This document shows positions 11,494 through 22,056 of a stretch of DNA of 64,000 nucleotides, piece after piece. The stretch is from Chrysemys picta bellii. Its lineage: Eukaryota. Where the stretch lies: contig NC_088806.1 of the NCBI RefSeq assembly GCF_011386835.1, forward strand, positions 30,504,001-30,568,000, given 5' to 3'. Below the pieces are notes generated by a model that was given only the letters and a program-made list of their open reading frames with translations, did not search any database and was not told the origin of the DNA. Made by a program: the position numbers and the translations under genes. Position 1 is the first letter of the stretch, and every line of letters starts with the position of its first letter.

Positions 11494-12560
11494 GCTGGGA
11501 CGCGATGCTGGAGATGGGGGGGGGGAGCACTGCAGGGAACCAGGTGTAACTCACGGCAGCCAACAGGCGTGGACATGGGAGAGGGAGAGCAGAGCTGGAC
11601 TCAGCCCAGGCCATTTGCTGGGCTCGTGTCTGGGACTTTCCACTGAGGCGGCCCAAGGGGGATCCCGTTTCCCTCCCCCTGCTCAGCAGCTAGGGAGAGG
11701 TGTTGTTAGTCAGCCCAGCACAGCAGGTGGCTCTGCAGAGCGGGGAGGGGGCTGCCCGGGGAGGGGGCTCTGGGATAGCGATTTTTATTTCGCAGGGTCA
11801 GGCCCAAGAATGAAGCACATTTTGCCCAGCCAGGCACAGAGGCCAGGCCGAGTCCCGGGCTGCATGTCTTCCCAGCCGATACAGGAGGGGAACTCTCCGC
11901 TAGCAGGACAATCACTGGCAGCCTCTGCTGAGAATATGCTCCCAGAAAGAGCCCGCCTGCCCCCTGACCCCCCGGCCATCAGTCTCCAGCACTGCTTGCA
12001 GATGCGCCTGCAACAAATCGCTGTGAAGCTGAGACATCTGTAATCCTGCTTGCAGGGGTGGATGTGAAGCTGCTGTGGTGGTAAGAACCGGGGTGGAGGC
12101 ATGCAGAACACTCAGGCTCTACCGCCACTGGCTCTGGAGCAAGGCTCATCACCCGGCTCAGTGCCTCAGTTTCCCCTTCTTGTATCATGGGCAAAGTACA
12201 TTTAACGTCAGTTCCACCCTTTGGTCCTCACTGCCCCCTCCCCAGCCAGCTTCGCTGCCCGCATGGAGCCCAGCTCCCAGGTGCACCGGAGTCCCTGTCC
12301 GTACTGATGCCCTGACGGACCCACCCCACACAGGCTCCGGACGGCTTAGCAAAGGGCCCAGTTCTTATACATCCGTCCCGTGATTTTGAGAAGAAAAGTC
12401 TCTGCGCTGAGCCGCCCCCCGGCCGTCTGGGGCATCAGAGCCCAGGGGCCACGGGGCCAGAGCCGCAGCTGATGTGAAGCAGTGCAGTGACTCTACTGGA
12501 TTTGCCCTGATCGCCACCCGCTGGGGATCCAACCCATTGTTTGTCATTCCAAGTCACCCC

Positions 12561-12628
12561 CACACACACGGTGTGTGTGTGTGTGTGGGGGGTGCGTGTG
12601 TGTGTGTGTGGGGGGGTGCATGTGTGTG
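12561..12628. repeat. Compound (CA)n/(GT)n microsatellite
   Basis: cacacacac-g-gtgtgtgtg... with interrupted GT runs. Confidence 0.9.
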
Positions 12629-15600
12629 AAGGGACATGCATGACGACATGTCATGCAAAAAGATGTCACTGTGACCAAGCCCCTAAACTCAGTGTGGGTC
12701 CTTCTCCCCCCACCCCATGGGCCATTTCTTCAGGCACTGCCTAGCAGGCCTGGCCGCTCCCCATGCTGCAGGTGGCCAGGTGATGGGCTGCTGCCCCAGC
12801 TCACCTGGATCAAGGGTCCCAGCTGAGGAGGGAGGAACCAGTTCCAAGAAGGCTAAAGAAACGTCAGCAGCCCAGGCCTGATTCTCCAGCTGCGCAGCAG
12901 GGCGGACGCTCGGGTCAGGTACGGGGAGCTAGGGACAGCGCGTGCGCCCAGCCAGCCCTCAAGCGCGGAACGCCTCTGCCCCTAGAGCTGCAGACAAGCA
13001 CGCGGTGTGTGTACAGGGGAAGGGGCGTGTAATGGCTTTGGGAACACTGGGGCCAATGCGACTTGCTGTATATCCTGTGGGAGGAGGGAGCAAGCCCAGG
13101 GTTTCCGTATGAGGCGCTGGCATTGGACAGGCCTTGGCAGACGCAGGCCCAGCCCCACTCAAACCCCACAGCATGCTTAGTGCCAGTGTGTGAGAAGGCT
13201 GGGGGCAGGGGGCGGATCAGGGGCACAACAGGAGCCCAGCACAAAAATAAACTGATTTTGGAACCCTCCCACCCCCAGGCCCAGGCAGCCCAGGCCCCAG
13301 CTCGCACGGTGTCCAGCTGGCAGGGGCCGAGGGGCACATGGCAGAGGAAGCCGTCAGCGCCCAGTAAAGACTAATTGCCCAGGAGTCTCCCACAGGAGGG
13401 GGAAATGTGTCCCAGTCCCAGCGGACGCTGGGCTGCGTGAGGTCGGGGAGCCCTAGGAAGCGTTAGCACAGTGGCCAGCAGTGCAGGTGCTGCTTGTCGA
13501 GCATTTCCTTTAGCTTTGCCTCAGCAAGGGCCTGGCCACGAGCTGTGTCCCCAGTGCTCACTGACCTACCCGGCAGGAGCCGTGCTCAGCACACTGCAGG
13601 ATGAGGCCCAAGATGCTTTGCCCCAGGCAGCAGGCACAGTGCCCTGCTCGCCACGGGTCAGTGACAGGTGCAGAGCAAATCTAGCCTGGCCCAACCCTGC
13701 AGCTGTGTCCAGGGCAGGGCGGGTTTGGTTACGGGCAAAGTGGCTATTTGGTTTTCCTGCCCAGCGCAGGGTCAGTCTCCCAGCAGGGATGGAGGGAGGC
13801 GACTGCTCCGCATGGCCATGCTCCACTGCTCTGCTGGCTTTGGGCAGGGCTGGATTGAGCAACATGGTCTGTGGGTGTTTGCTAACCAGACGCTGGTGTC
13901 AAAGTCCTGGCTTCCAGCGTGGTACTGCCAAGGCTGGACAGGAGGCAAAGTCTGAGTGCACATTGGATGCACCAAAGCTCGGCTCCGCTCCACTCCCGCC
14001 TCTCGGACTCAGTGACTTAATGAGGGCAGAGGGCCTAGGTGTGTGCTGTGTGACGGAGCCGGAGCAAGGCACAGCAGAGGTGACCTGCGCACACTGCTAC
14101 CGCGTGGCCCTGCTCAGACACCAGTCCTGATTTGCAGAAAGCACCGTCTGGCCAATCGCATGGGTCCCAGACAGCTCTGCCAATGCATCTCACCCTTCAC
14201 CCACAGCATTCCCAGCTCCGCCAGCCTTCCCTGGCTCGGAGCTGCTCAGCGCTGAGACATGGCTTGGAACGGGCCCTTGCCCCCACGAGGCATATCCCCC
14301 ACCTGACATCATAGTCCTCGCTTGGTGACATCACAGTCGGTTCCATGGCGGCCGCTTATGATGTCACAGGGCGCGGTTCAGCCCTGAGGAGGGGAACGAG
14401 CGACAGTGGGAGGAGATGCAGCCTGAGCGTAGGACAAGCCACCTAAGCGCTGAGGGAGAAGTGGAGAGCGCCGGATGGGCACAGCTGCAGGCGTCCGCGC
14501 AAGCCTCCCCCCGAGTTTTCCTAGTTCACATTTAAATGTCTCCCCACAGCTCGTCCCCCAGCCGGAGGCAACCCAGAGCTTCCCCAGAGCTGCAGCACAC
14601 TGGCTCCCGGGCCCAGGCTGCAGCTCACCTGACATGTGTTCTCACCGGTTCACAGTACAAGGTGACTGGGGCGCCGGGCTAGTGGCAGGGCTCCGCGAGG
14701 ATGACGCCACCAGAGTCCAAAGAGCCCTGGCTGCTGCCCTGCCCTGGCCGCAGAAGGACCGTGTGCAGGACACCAGCTAGCTGGAGACCTCGGGGAGGAA
14801 GATGCCAGCAGCAGCAGGATGTCCCGGCTCATGCTGAGAGCAAAGCAATGCAGGGCTGGTCTGTGCGCTCATACCATCCCTCCCCTACCAAACCCAGCAA
14901 GCCTGGAGCCACAGAAAGGCTGAACTGCTTGTTACCATGCTGGTGTCCGCTACAATGCCCAGAGCTACCAATTATTCCCCTGGTGAGCAAGTCTCTCTGG
15001 GCCTCTGCTCCCCACTTGTGAAAAGGGGGAACTTCCTGGGCCAGTCTGTCTCTCTGCTGCCAGCTCCTTGGGCAGGGACTGTCTGTGCAGGGCTGGGACC
15101 TCTGTTTGCTGCTGTAATATCTCCTCTCCAAACCTCCACGCAGCTCAGCTGTGCTGGAGCCTGGCCTCCTTTCCGCTCACTGCCGCAGGGGAGCGGGACG
15201 TGCTCCAGAACTGGAAGCTAGCAGGGCTGCAGCTGGTGCTTATGGGGGTCAATGTGACTGGGGCATGACATGGCCTGGAGCCCTGGGGGCTGTCACCTGG
15301 GCCAGAGCCAAAGGGTCACCCTGCTCCTCCTCTCCCTCCCTGGGGGGAAGCAGGTTGGACCTGGGTCTCCACTCTCCATGGGGGAGTAGCTGGACAGGGC
15401 CCAGAAAACTCCTCAGTAACCAGGCAATCCAGCTTCCCACGTGGGCCCTGCTGCCCTCTCTCCGCTGCTGCGGTGCTGGCACTGCCCCTTCTGCCAGCCA
15501 GGACAACGGGGGAGCAGCCAGGCCTCACACGGCTCTTGGTGCCTTCAGGAGCCGCTGCGCTGAGCGCAGGACCAGCGTGCCCCCCGGCAGTGCAGTCCCG

Positions 15601-16095
15601 CCCCAGGCCCTCGAGGCAGCTAACCCAGACCCTGCCTGCCCCCAAAGCCAGAGCAAACCAGAGCTGCATCCAGTGCCCTGCCCACCGATGCAAGCTGGAT
15701 GCAGGCCACTGGAGGTCACTCTTGTGCCATAGACAGAGTTGCAGCCTCCCCTGGGCCCAGCGGGTCAGGGAGCTCGGGACAGGCTGGGGTGTGGAGCATC
15801 TCTCCTGGCAGCACTCACCTGGGGCCCACCCCCGAGAAGGGGAGAGCCAGATAAGGAGGCGACTGCAGGGAGTTAGAGTCTCTGCAAAGCAGGGAAGAGA
15901 TCCCTGTCACTGCTCTGCACTGACCACCGCAGGGGGGGGGTGCGTGTGTGTTACACACACAGCCTTGGCCCCGGTTTGCTGAGGGATTTCTCAACTCCCC
16001 GATGGCGCCCTGCAGCCTGACCCTGAGTATGTCTGGCAGCAAGAAAGTGAGCCATAAATGCAACCCCCCGCCTCGGTCCGGCCAAGCCACCCCGC

Positions 16096-16201
16096 TGACC
16101 TTTGCCCAAACGGCCCCTGGAGGCCGCTTGCTGGGGCGGGTATAAAAGCATGAAGCCGGGGCTCTAGCTGGTTAGCAAAGCCCAGGAAGCAACGCAGCCA
16201 G
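16096..16201 (+). promoter_or_regulatory. APOC3: APOC3 core promoter (C3P/HNF4 DR1, GC box, TATA) and non-coding exon 1
   Basis: TGACCTTTGCCC 16096-16107; GGGGCGGG 16133-16140; TATAAAA 16141-16147; donor CAG|GTAAGC at 16201/16202; acceptor CTCTCTCCTCAG ending 17295. Confidence 0.85.
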
Positions 16202-17303
16202 GTAAGCCTGGAGTTTGACATGTTAGCTCCTGGGGCAGGGGCTGGGGGGGCACGGCTGGCGCTCGCGCCCCCCTGGAGGTGAGTCAGCTGCATGTCAAGC
16301 CGCAGAGCATCACTGCAAAGGCAAAGCAGTCCTGGCTGCAACGGGGAGGAGATAACAGGGAAAAGCCAGTCCTGCCCCCGGTGACCCAGCCTCCAGGGTC
16401 CCCGTAGGACGCCCGGGGAATGCCACTGGGCAGGGGCACTCTCCACCCCCGGGAGGGGTGTGCAGCTTCATGGCACGACCCCCCCATGCAGACAGGACCA
16501 TCAAACCGTCCTGCATGTGTTCTGAGCCAGCCGCAAGGCGCTGCTCTGGGGCCTGCACTCGCAGGCCAGGCTGAGGCTGGCAGCAGGGCAGGGGCGGTGG
16601 GAACAGCCCACAGCACTGGCTCCGAGGCTGGGGAGAGCAGGACAGGACCCAATCTGCCTGAAGGGACTCTGTGTTCTGCCTGCTGGGGCCGTCAGTCCTC
16701 TCTGCCTCTGCTGGGGAAGCTGCCAGACACACACACGCGGCAGCCTGTGGAGCCAGAGAGCAGGGAGCTGCTGCAGGCGGAGACCCCAGGCTGTGCGCTA
16801 GCCCCAGCCCGGCTTAGCAGAGCCGGGGTGCATGGGGGGAGGCAGTGTCCTTCCCCCAGCTTGGAGCTGGGGCATGAGTGGGGGGACAGACGGGGATGCC
16901 TGTTTATTCTGAGCCCCCTTGTTTCCAAGCCGTGGAGCTGAACCCTGCCGCCTGCTCTGCCCCCATAGCTCCACTCGCGGGGGCCGCTCGCGTCCTGGCT
17001 CCCCACATGCCAGGCTGGAGCGGGGCTGGGGCGTGAGCACTGGCCCTGACACTGTACAGCCCGCTGGGTTTGCAGCCGCTGGCTCCAGGGCCAGGCTGTG
17101 CCTACGTGTCCAGAGGGGCACAGCGAGAGGCCGGGGGGCTCGGTGCACCACACCCAGCGGGGAGCTGGCTGGCTTTGGATCCAGAGGGCGGCTGGGGTGG
17201 GGGACATGGGAGGGCGGGTGCCATTACGCCGGGTGAGGGTGCTGTCACTGGGACGGCCCCTGCAGCCCTTCACCGCTCTGCTGCTCTCTCCTCAGCCCGC
17301 ACC

Positions 17304-19513
17304 ATGAAGGCCCTGCTCCTCCTCGCGCTCCTCGGCCTGGCACTGCTCGCTGCCGTGGCACGTAAGAGCCGCCACCCCTCTGGGGGCGAGGGAAAGGGGG
17401 GCAGATTTGGGGGGGGAATGGGGGAGGAAGGAATCGGGTATAAGCAAGAGATGAGAAGGGTGGGGGGGAGCAGGTTGGGGGGTGAGGTGGGGAAGAGGGA
17501 AGGGGAATCACGCAGCCATGAAAGTGCTGTTAGTTACGATGCAGCAGGAGGCAGAGAGGGATTCACAGAAAGGTGGGGCTGGAAGGGACCTCGAGAGGCC
17601 ACCCAGCCCATGCCCCTGCACTGAGGCAGGACCAGAGAACCTGGACTGTCCCTGACAGGTGTTTCTCCAACGTGTTCTTAAAAACCTCCAGTGCCGGGGA
17701 CTCCACAGCCTCCCTTGGGAGCCTGGTCCAGACCTTAACTAGCCTTAGAGTTAGACATTTTTACCTATTCTCTACCCTAAATCTCTCCTGGCTGCAGATT
17801 AATCCCATTACTTCTTGTCCTGCCTTCAGTGAACATGGAGAACAACTGATCCCCGGCCTCTTTATAACAGCCCTTAACATATTTGAGGACTGGTGTCAGG
17901 TCCCTCCTCCGTCTTCTTTTCTCAAGACTAAACGTTCTGGTTGCTAACCTTGCCTCGTAGGTCAGGTTTTCTAAACCTTTGATCATTTTTGTTGCTCTTC
18001 TCTGCACTCTCTCCAGTTTGTCCACATCTCTCCTGAAGTGGGGCAGCCAGAACTGGACACAGGACTCCAGCTGAGCTCTCCCCAGTGCCGAGTAGAGCAG
18101 GACAGTTATCGCCCATGGCTTACATACAACAGTCCTGTTAATACCCCCCAGAACCTCCCACCCCCCTTCCCCACACGGCTTGGTTTGTGCTTGCAGAGGC
18201 GGAGGCCCCCGGGGAGGAGGAAACCATCGTGAAGAAGGTGCACGATTATGTCCAGCACGTGGCTCAGACGGCCAAGGACACCTTAACCAAGGTCCAGAAA
18301 TCCGAGGTGGCTCAGCAGGCCAGGTGCGCCCCCCCATCCCTTCTGGCCCAGGGGTCTCCCCCACCTCTCACCACAAGCCCTTCCCCTTCCCATGCCTGCC
18401 CATGCACAGCCAGCATCCGGAGAACCCTGGCGACCAGGCTAGGGGCAGATACAGGGCTGGGCAGTGCCCAGCAGTCCGCGGGAGCTGCAGAGATCCGCCC
18501 CCGGGAGCAGCGAGCAGGAGCCCTCAGCCCCCTGCTCACCAGTGTGGAACAAGCTGGGGTACAACCCTGGGCCCAGGAAGCCGGTGACAAAGCTCCTGTG
18601 ACCTTGAGCGTCCCACAGCTGCTGGTGAGGGCCATGGGCGCTGCAGGGTCAGCACCCGAGTTGCACCCGTTCTGGCTGAGGCCCCCGAGCAGGTGGTCTG
18701 CTCCCAGTGCCTCTCCCGAGAGGCAAACACCTGGCTGGCTCGTACCCAGCCGCCTTTGCCAGGAGCTGGGAGAGGGAGAGGGAGCCGGAGCCGTCACACC
18801 TAGGCAATGGGGTGCAGCAAACCCCGAGCGCTCTGACTGCCCCAGAATGCAAACTGGTTCATCCAGGGGCGTAGGCATGAGACAGAGCAGGGGGCTCAGT
18901 CCAGTCCCTCCGAGGACACAAAATACCCCATGAATCGGTCTTCTAATTGGCAGCTCAGTGAAAGGGCAGGGACTGAATGGGCCATGGACAGATGGTCCCT
19001 CTGTGACCCCAGGACAGGATGGGGGAAGCTGGCATTGCTACTACCCCTGCTGCACTTGTTCTGTGGCGAAGTGCACCAGTCCCATCAGTCCAGCCCAATC
19101 CCCAGCCCACAGGGGGATGCCCTGTGGCCCAGGGGTTTCAAAGAGTTCCAGGCTAGGCAGCGTGATTATAAAAGCCATGCCCGACCCTGCACTGCTTATT
19201 AAAGCAGCATTTTATAGCACAGGGACAGCCCCAGACCCGCAACACCCCGTATACGGTCCTTCCCTCTCTGCCCCTGCATGCGTGTAACTCACAGCTTGAT
19301 TGCACTGAGTCATATTATTAAAGTGGCTATCTTAGACCTTTGCAGATAGGGTCCCCCTTTTAATATAACCTCCTCCTCTGCTCCCCCCCCGCAATGTGTG
19401 TTGAATCCTTCAGGGACTGGGTCAATCTGCGTGCTGAGGACGTACACCAGTTTTGGGATGTGCTAAAGGACAAGTTCTCTGCGCTCTGGGAGCAACAGCC
19501 GCCTGGGCAGTGA
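17304..19513 (+). CDS. APOC3: Apolipoprotein C-III, complete, 94 aa
   Basis: Exons 17304-17361 (58 nt, MKALLLLALLGLALLAAVA-), 18197-18323 (127 nt, QAEAPGEEETIVKKVHDYVQHVAQTAKDTLTKVQKSEVAQQA-), 19414-19513 (100 nt, RDWVNLRAEDVHQFWDVLKDKFSALWEQQPPGQ*). TAKD..., VAQQAR and W..LKDKFS..W match ApoC-III. The last exon is absent from the ORF track. Confidence 0.95.
17561..18155 (-). mobile_element. CR1 LINE 3' fragment in APOC3 intron 2
   Basis: Minus ORF encodes CR1 ORF2 C-terminus (CVQFW.PHFRRDVDKLERVQRRATKMIKGLE..TYE.RL...FSLEKRR...DL); 3' end ttcacagaa...ggaagggacctc. Decayed. Confidence 0.92.
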
Positions 19514-19821
19514 GCCCCACATCAGCAGCTCTGGTCGGGTTCTCAGCTGAGTGAGTGCAGGTGCAGGATGTGCAATGCAAATTGTAACCAAATTGACTCC
19601 CTGCTCTGGGCAGAGAGCGCAGCATCCTTCCAGCTAAGCACTGTCCCACCTGCCTGCCTGCCTGTCTGTCCAGTAATTCAATCTCCACTCAGCGTGGCGG
19701 GTTCATACGCTACTTCCACTGGGGCCCAGGAGTTTTGGTACCAGCTGGTGTGTTGGTTTGGAGGGGCTGGGTTTTTTTTCCTTATAAAACATCATAACTC
19801 AAAGTTTGTCATGTATCTTGC

Positions 19822-19827
19822 AATAAA
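19822..19827 (+). terminator. APOC3: APOC3 polyadenylation signal AATAAA
   Basis: First AATAAA about 310 nt after the stop. Confidence 0.75.
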
Positions 19828-21672
19828 ATGAAGTCAACTTGAGATGCATTTGGTGGCCTTTACTGGAGCGTTGCAGGGAGAGAGTGCACACAGCTTGTAT
19901 GCAGTGACCAGTGTGCCCAGGAGAAGCAGGACAGGGTTTGAGAAGCTGTTTGCATTCTCTGGGCAATACCCATCATTAGGTAAAGGCCGTGCTGGATTTT
20001 GGCAGTTCATAGCCCAGGCACCTCTGGGCTTGCTGCATCAATTATGAATGTAAACAAAATTGCTTGAGCCCCGGCACCTCTTTCATTACCACTTAGACTC
20101 ATCGGAACCAACTAGGATTCCGGAACAATTGCCCAGAATGGGATTTACTGGCCAATGAATCACCATCCCCCAGGCTAGGACTCAGGTGCGTGCCCTGGCT
20201 CCCAGGCCAGCCCCAATCCTCCAGCTACGCAGGCGGACGCCCATGCTTGGCACATCCCAGCTCGCTGCATGGCAACGAATGAAGTCAGCATTAGGCCTTT
20301 CGTGCATCTCTCCCCCCACCCCTTGTGCCACCTGCTTCTTGGGTACCTAGGAACCGCAGCTGCGTTTCTAGTGGAAGGAGGACAGGGGAATGGGGTGCTG
20401 GTTACCTAGAGGAAGATGCTGCTTTAACAATGGCAGCCTAGAATATGCTTTGAAGTAGAGAACAAGGCCACTGCTGTGGTTGGGGGCTCCCCGCCCGAGA
20501 CACCGGAGAGGGGGTTGGATTTTCAGAAATTGCTCAAGATCAGGCCCCTTCAAGGTGTCTGAAAATCTTGGGCCAGACCGCAGGATGGCTGTTCTCCCGG
20601 CTAGCGTCGAGATGTGGATTTGGCAAAACCTACAGCCAGCATGGCCGGGTGGGTGGTTATTGTACGCAAGCCCCAGAGCTGTGCAACATAGCTGCCCCCC
20701 CCACACACACACACACTTTGTAGACACACACTGCTGTGCGGCAGACCCCCACAGTGGGCTCATGGCCTGGCGCTGGCCCTGGCCCCAGCAGGTTGAAAGC
20801 AGGGCCCGGCCGGACGCCCCCTCTCGGTGTGATGCTGGGATGTGGGCTGGGTGTCGCACACACACTAACCACCAAGATGGCTGCAGGAGCATGAGCAGCT
20901 GAGTTTGCAGGACCCAGCTCACGCCAAGCTAACCGTCCCATCCTGCTCGGCTCTGGTGAGGCCTCACCCACTCTGTCTTAGCCAGCTCCACGAACAGCCC
21001 TCAGCTCTGACCGCTCTGCCCCACCCCTGCCACCAGCCAGGACCAGATCCTGCCCCCGAGCTGCCAGCCCCAGCCGGCTGCTGCTCCCCTCAGAAGCAGG
21101 TTTATAACAGCCCAGCTGAGCCGCTCCATGCACAAGGGACACAGCTGAACCTGAGGGGCTCATTCCCCTGGGGAGCTACAATGGCCTCACCCCATGTCTG
21201 CTGCCCAGCGCCCCCCAGCCCCACATTCGCCTCTCCCTCGGAGCTCCCAGAGCTCTCAGATTGGGCTGGGCGTTGTGCACGGCCCTCTCAGCGGCTGGGC
21301 CTGCGGGAAGGTGATTCCGATCAATGCCCCTTGGAAAGAGCCACCCTGGGGCAACCTCCCGCTCAGCTCAGGGTGCTCTGCAGGCCTGCACTGGGATTGC
21401 TAGAGCGTGGGAAAGGGGGGACCTGGGAGGGCTCCCCACAGGGTCCCCTCGCCCCGTCGCCTGCAGACCATTCCTCTTCCTGCCCCCCAACCTCCCTCCT
21501 GGTCTGCACAGCCCCTCCCTTCCCTTCAGTAACCTGCAGCCCATGGACCCCCGTGAGCCCCCATGGAGCTGTGTCTTCCCTGCCCCACAGTGCCCTCAGC
21601 CTCCCATTTGGTGCTCCCCCCCCCCCCCGGGAAATCCCCTGCAAACACAAGCTGCCAGTAACTTAAATCACT

Positions 21673-21678
21673 TTTATT
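21673..21678 (-). terminator. APOA1: APOA1 polyadenylation signal AATAAA
   Basis: TTTATT on + strand about 380 nt past the stop, preceded on the mRNA by a U-rich tract. Confidence 0.7.
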
Positions 21679-22056
21679 TGACAAAACAAACAAGAACGAA
21701 AAGTTCTGTGGGGGGGCAGGGAGGAGGAGATGGGAGCCCCGAGCCTGGAACAGGCAGGAGAGCTCTGGGCAGGATGTTCCCAGCAGACTGGCCTTCGCCG
21801 TGTGCTGGTTTCCACCCCAGCCCCCGCCCCCCAGCAGAGGGACCCTCGTTCTACAGCGATCGATCAGTAAGTGACAGCCACAAAAGGCCGAGACGCTTGG
21901 CCCAGCGCTGAGGGCGCCGGGAGGAGGAGGGAGTTGAGCACACCTGGTGTCTTCACCCAGACGCGCATTAGCAGCAGTGGAACGCAGGGCAGTGGCTGAT
22001 CAATTGGGGGCTCATTGTGGCTAGGGGAGGGGGTGTCAGTCCCTGGCCCGGTGCCA

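Noticed and set aside
11432-12043. 203-aa ORF and similar 100-250 aa ORFs in 11-22 kb (e.g. 20905-21666, 15151-15732)
   Set aside because: Expected in high-GC sequence; Pro/Gly/Ala/Ser-rich, no recognisable domain or splice logic.
17777-18364. 195-aa minus ORF as a separate gene
   Set aside because: Chance fusion of antisense APOC3 exon 3 with a decayed CR1 ORF2 tail; no RT core.
18187-18933. 248-aa ORF as a long ApoC-III variant
   Set aside because: Read-through of exon 3 into GC-rich intron; a proper donor (18324) and exon 4 exist.
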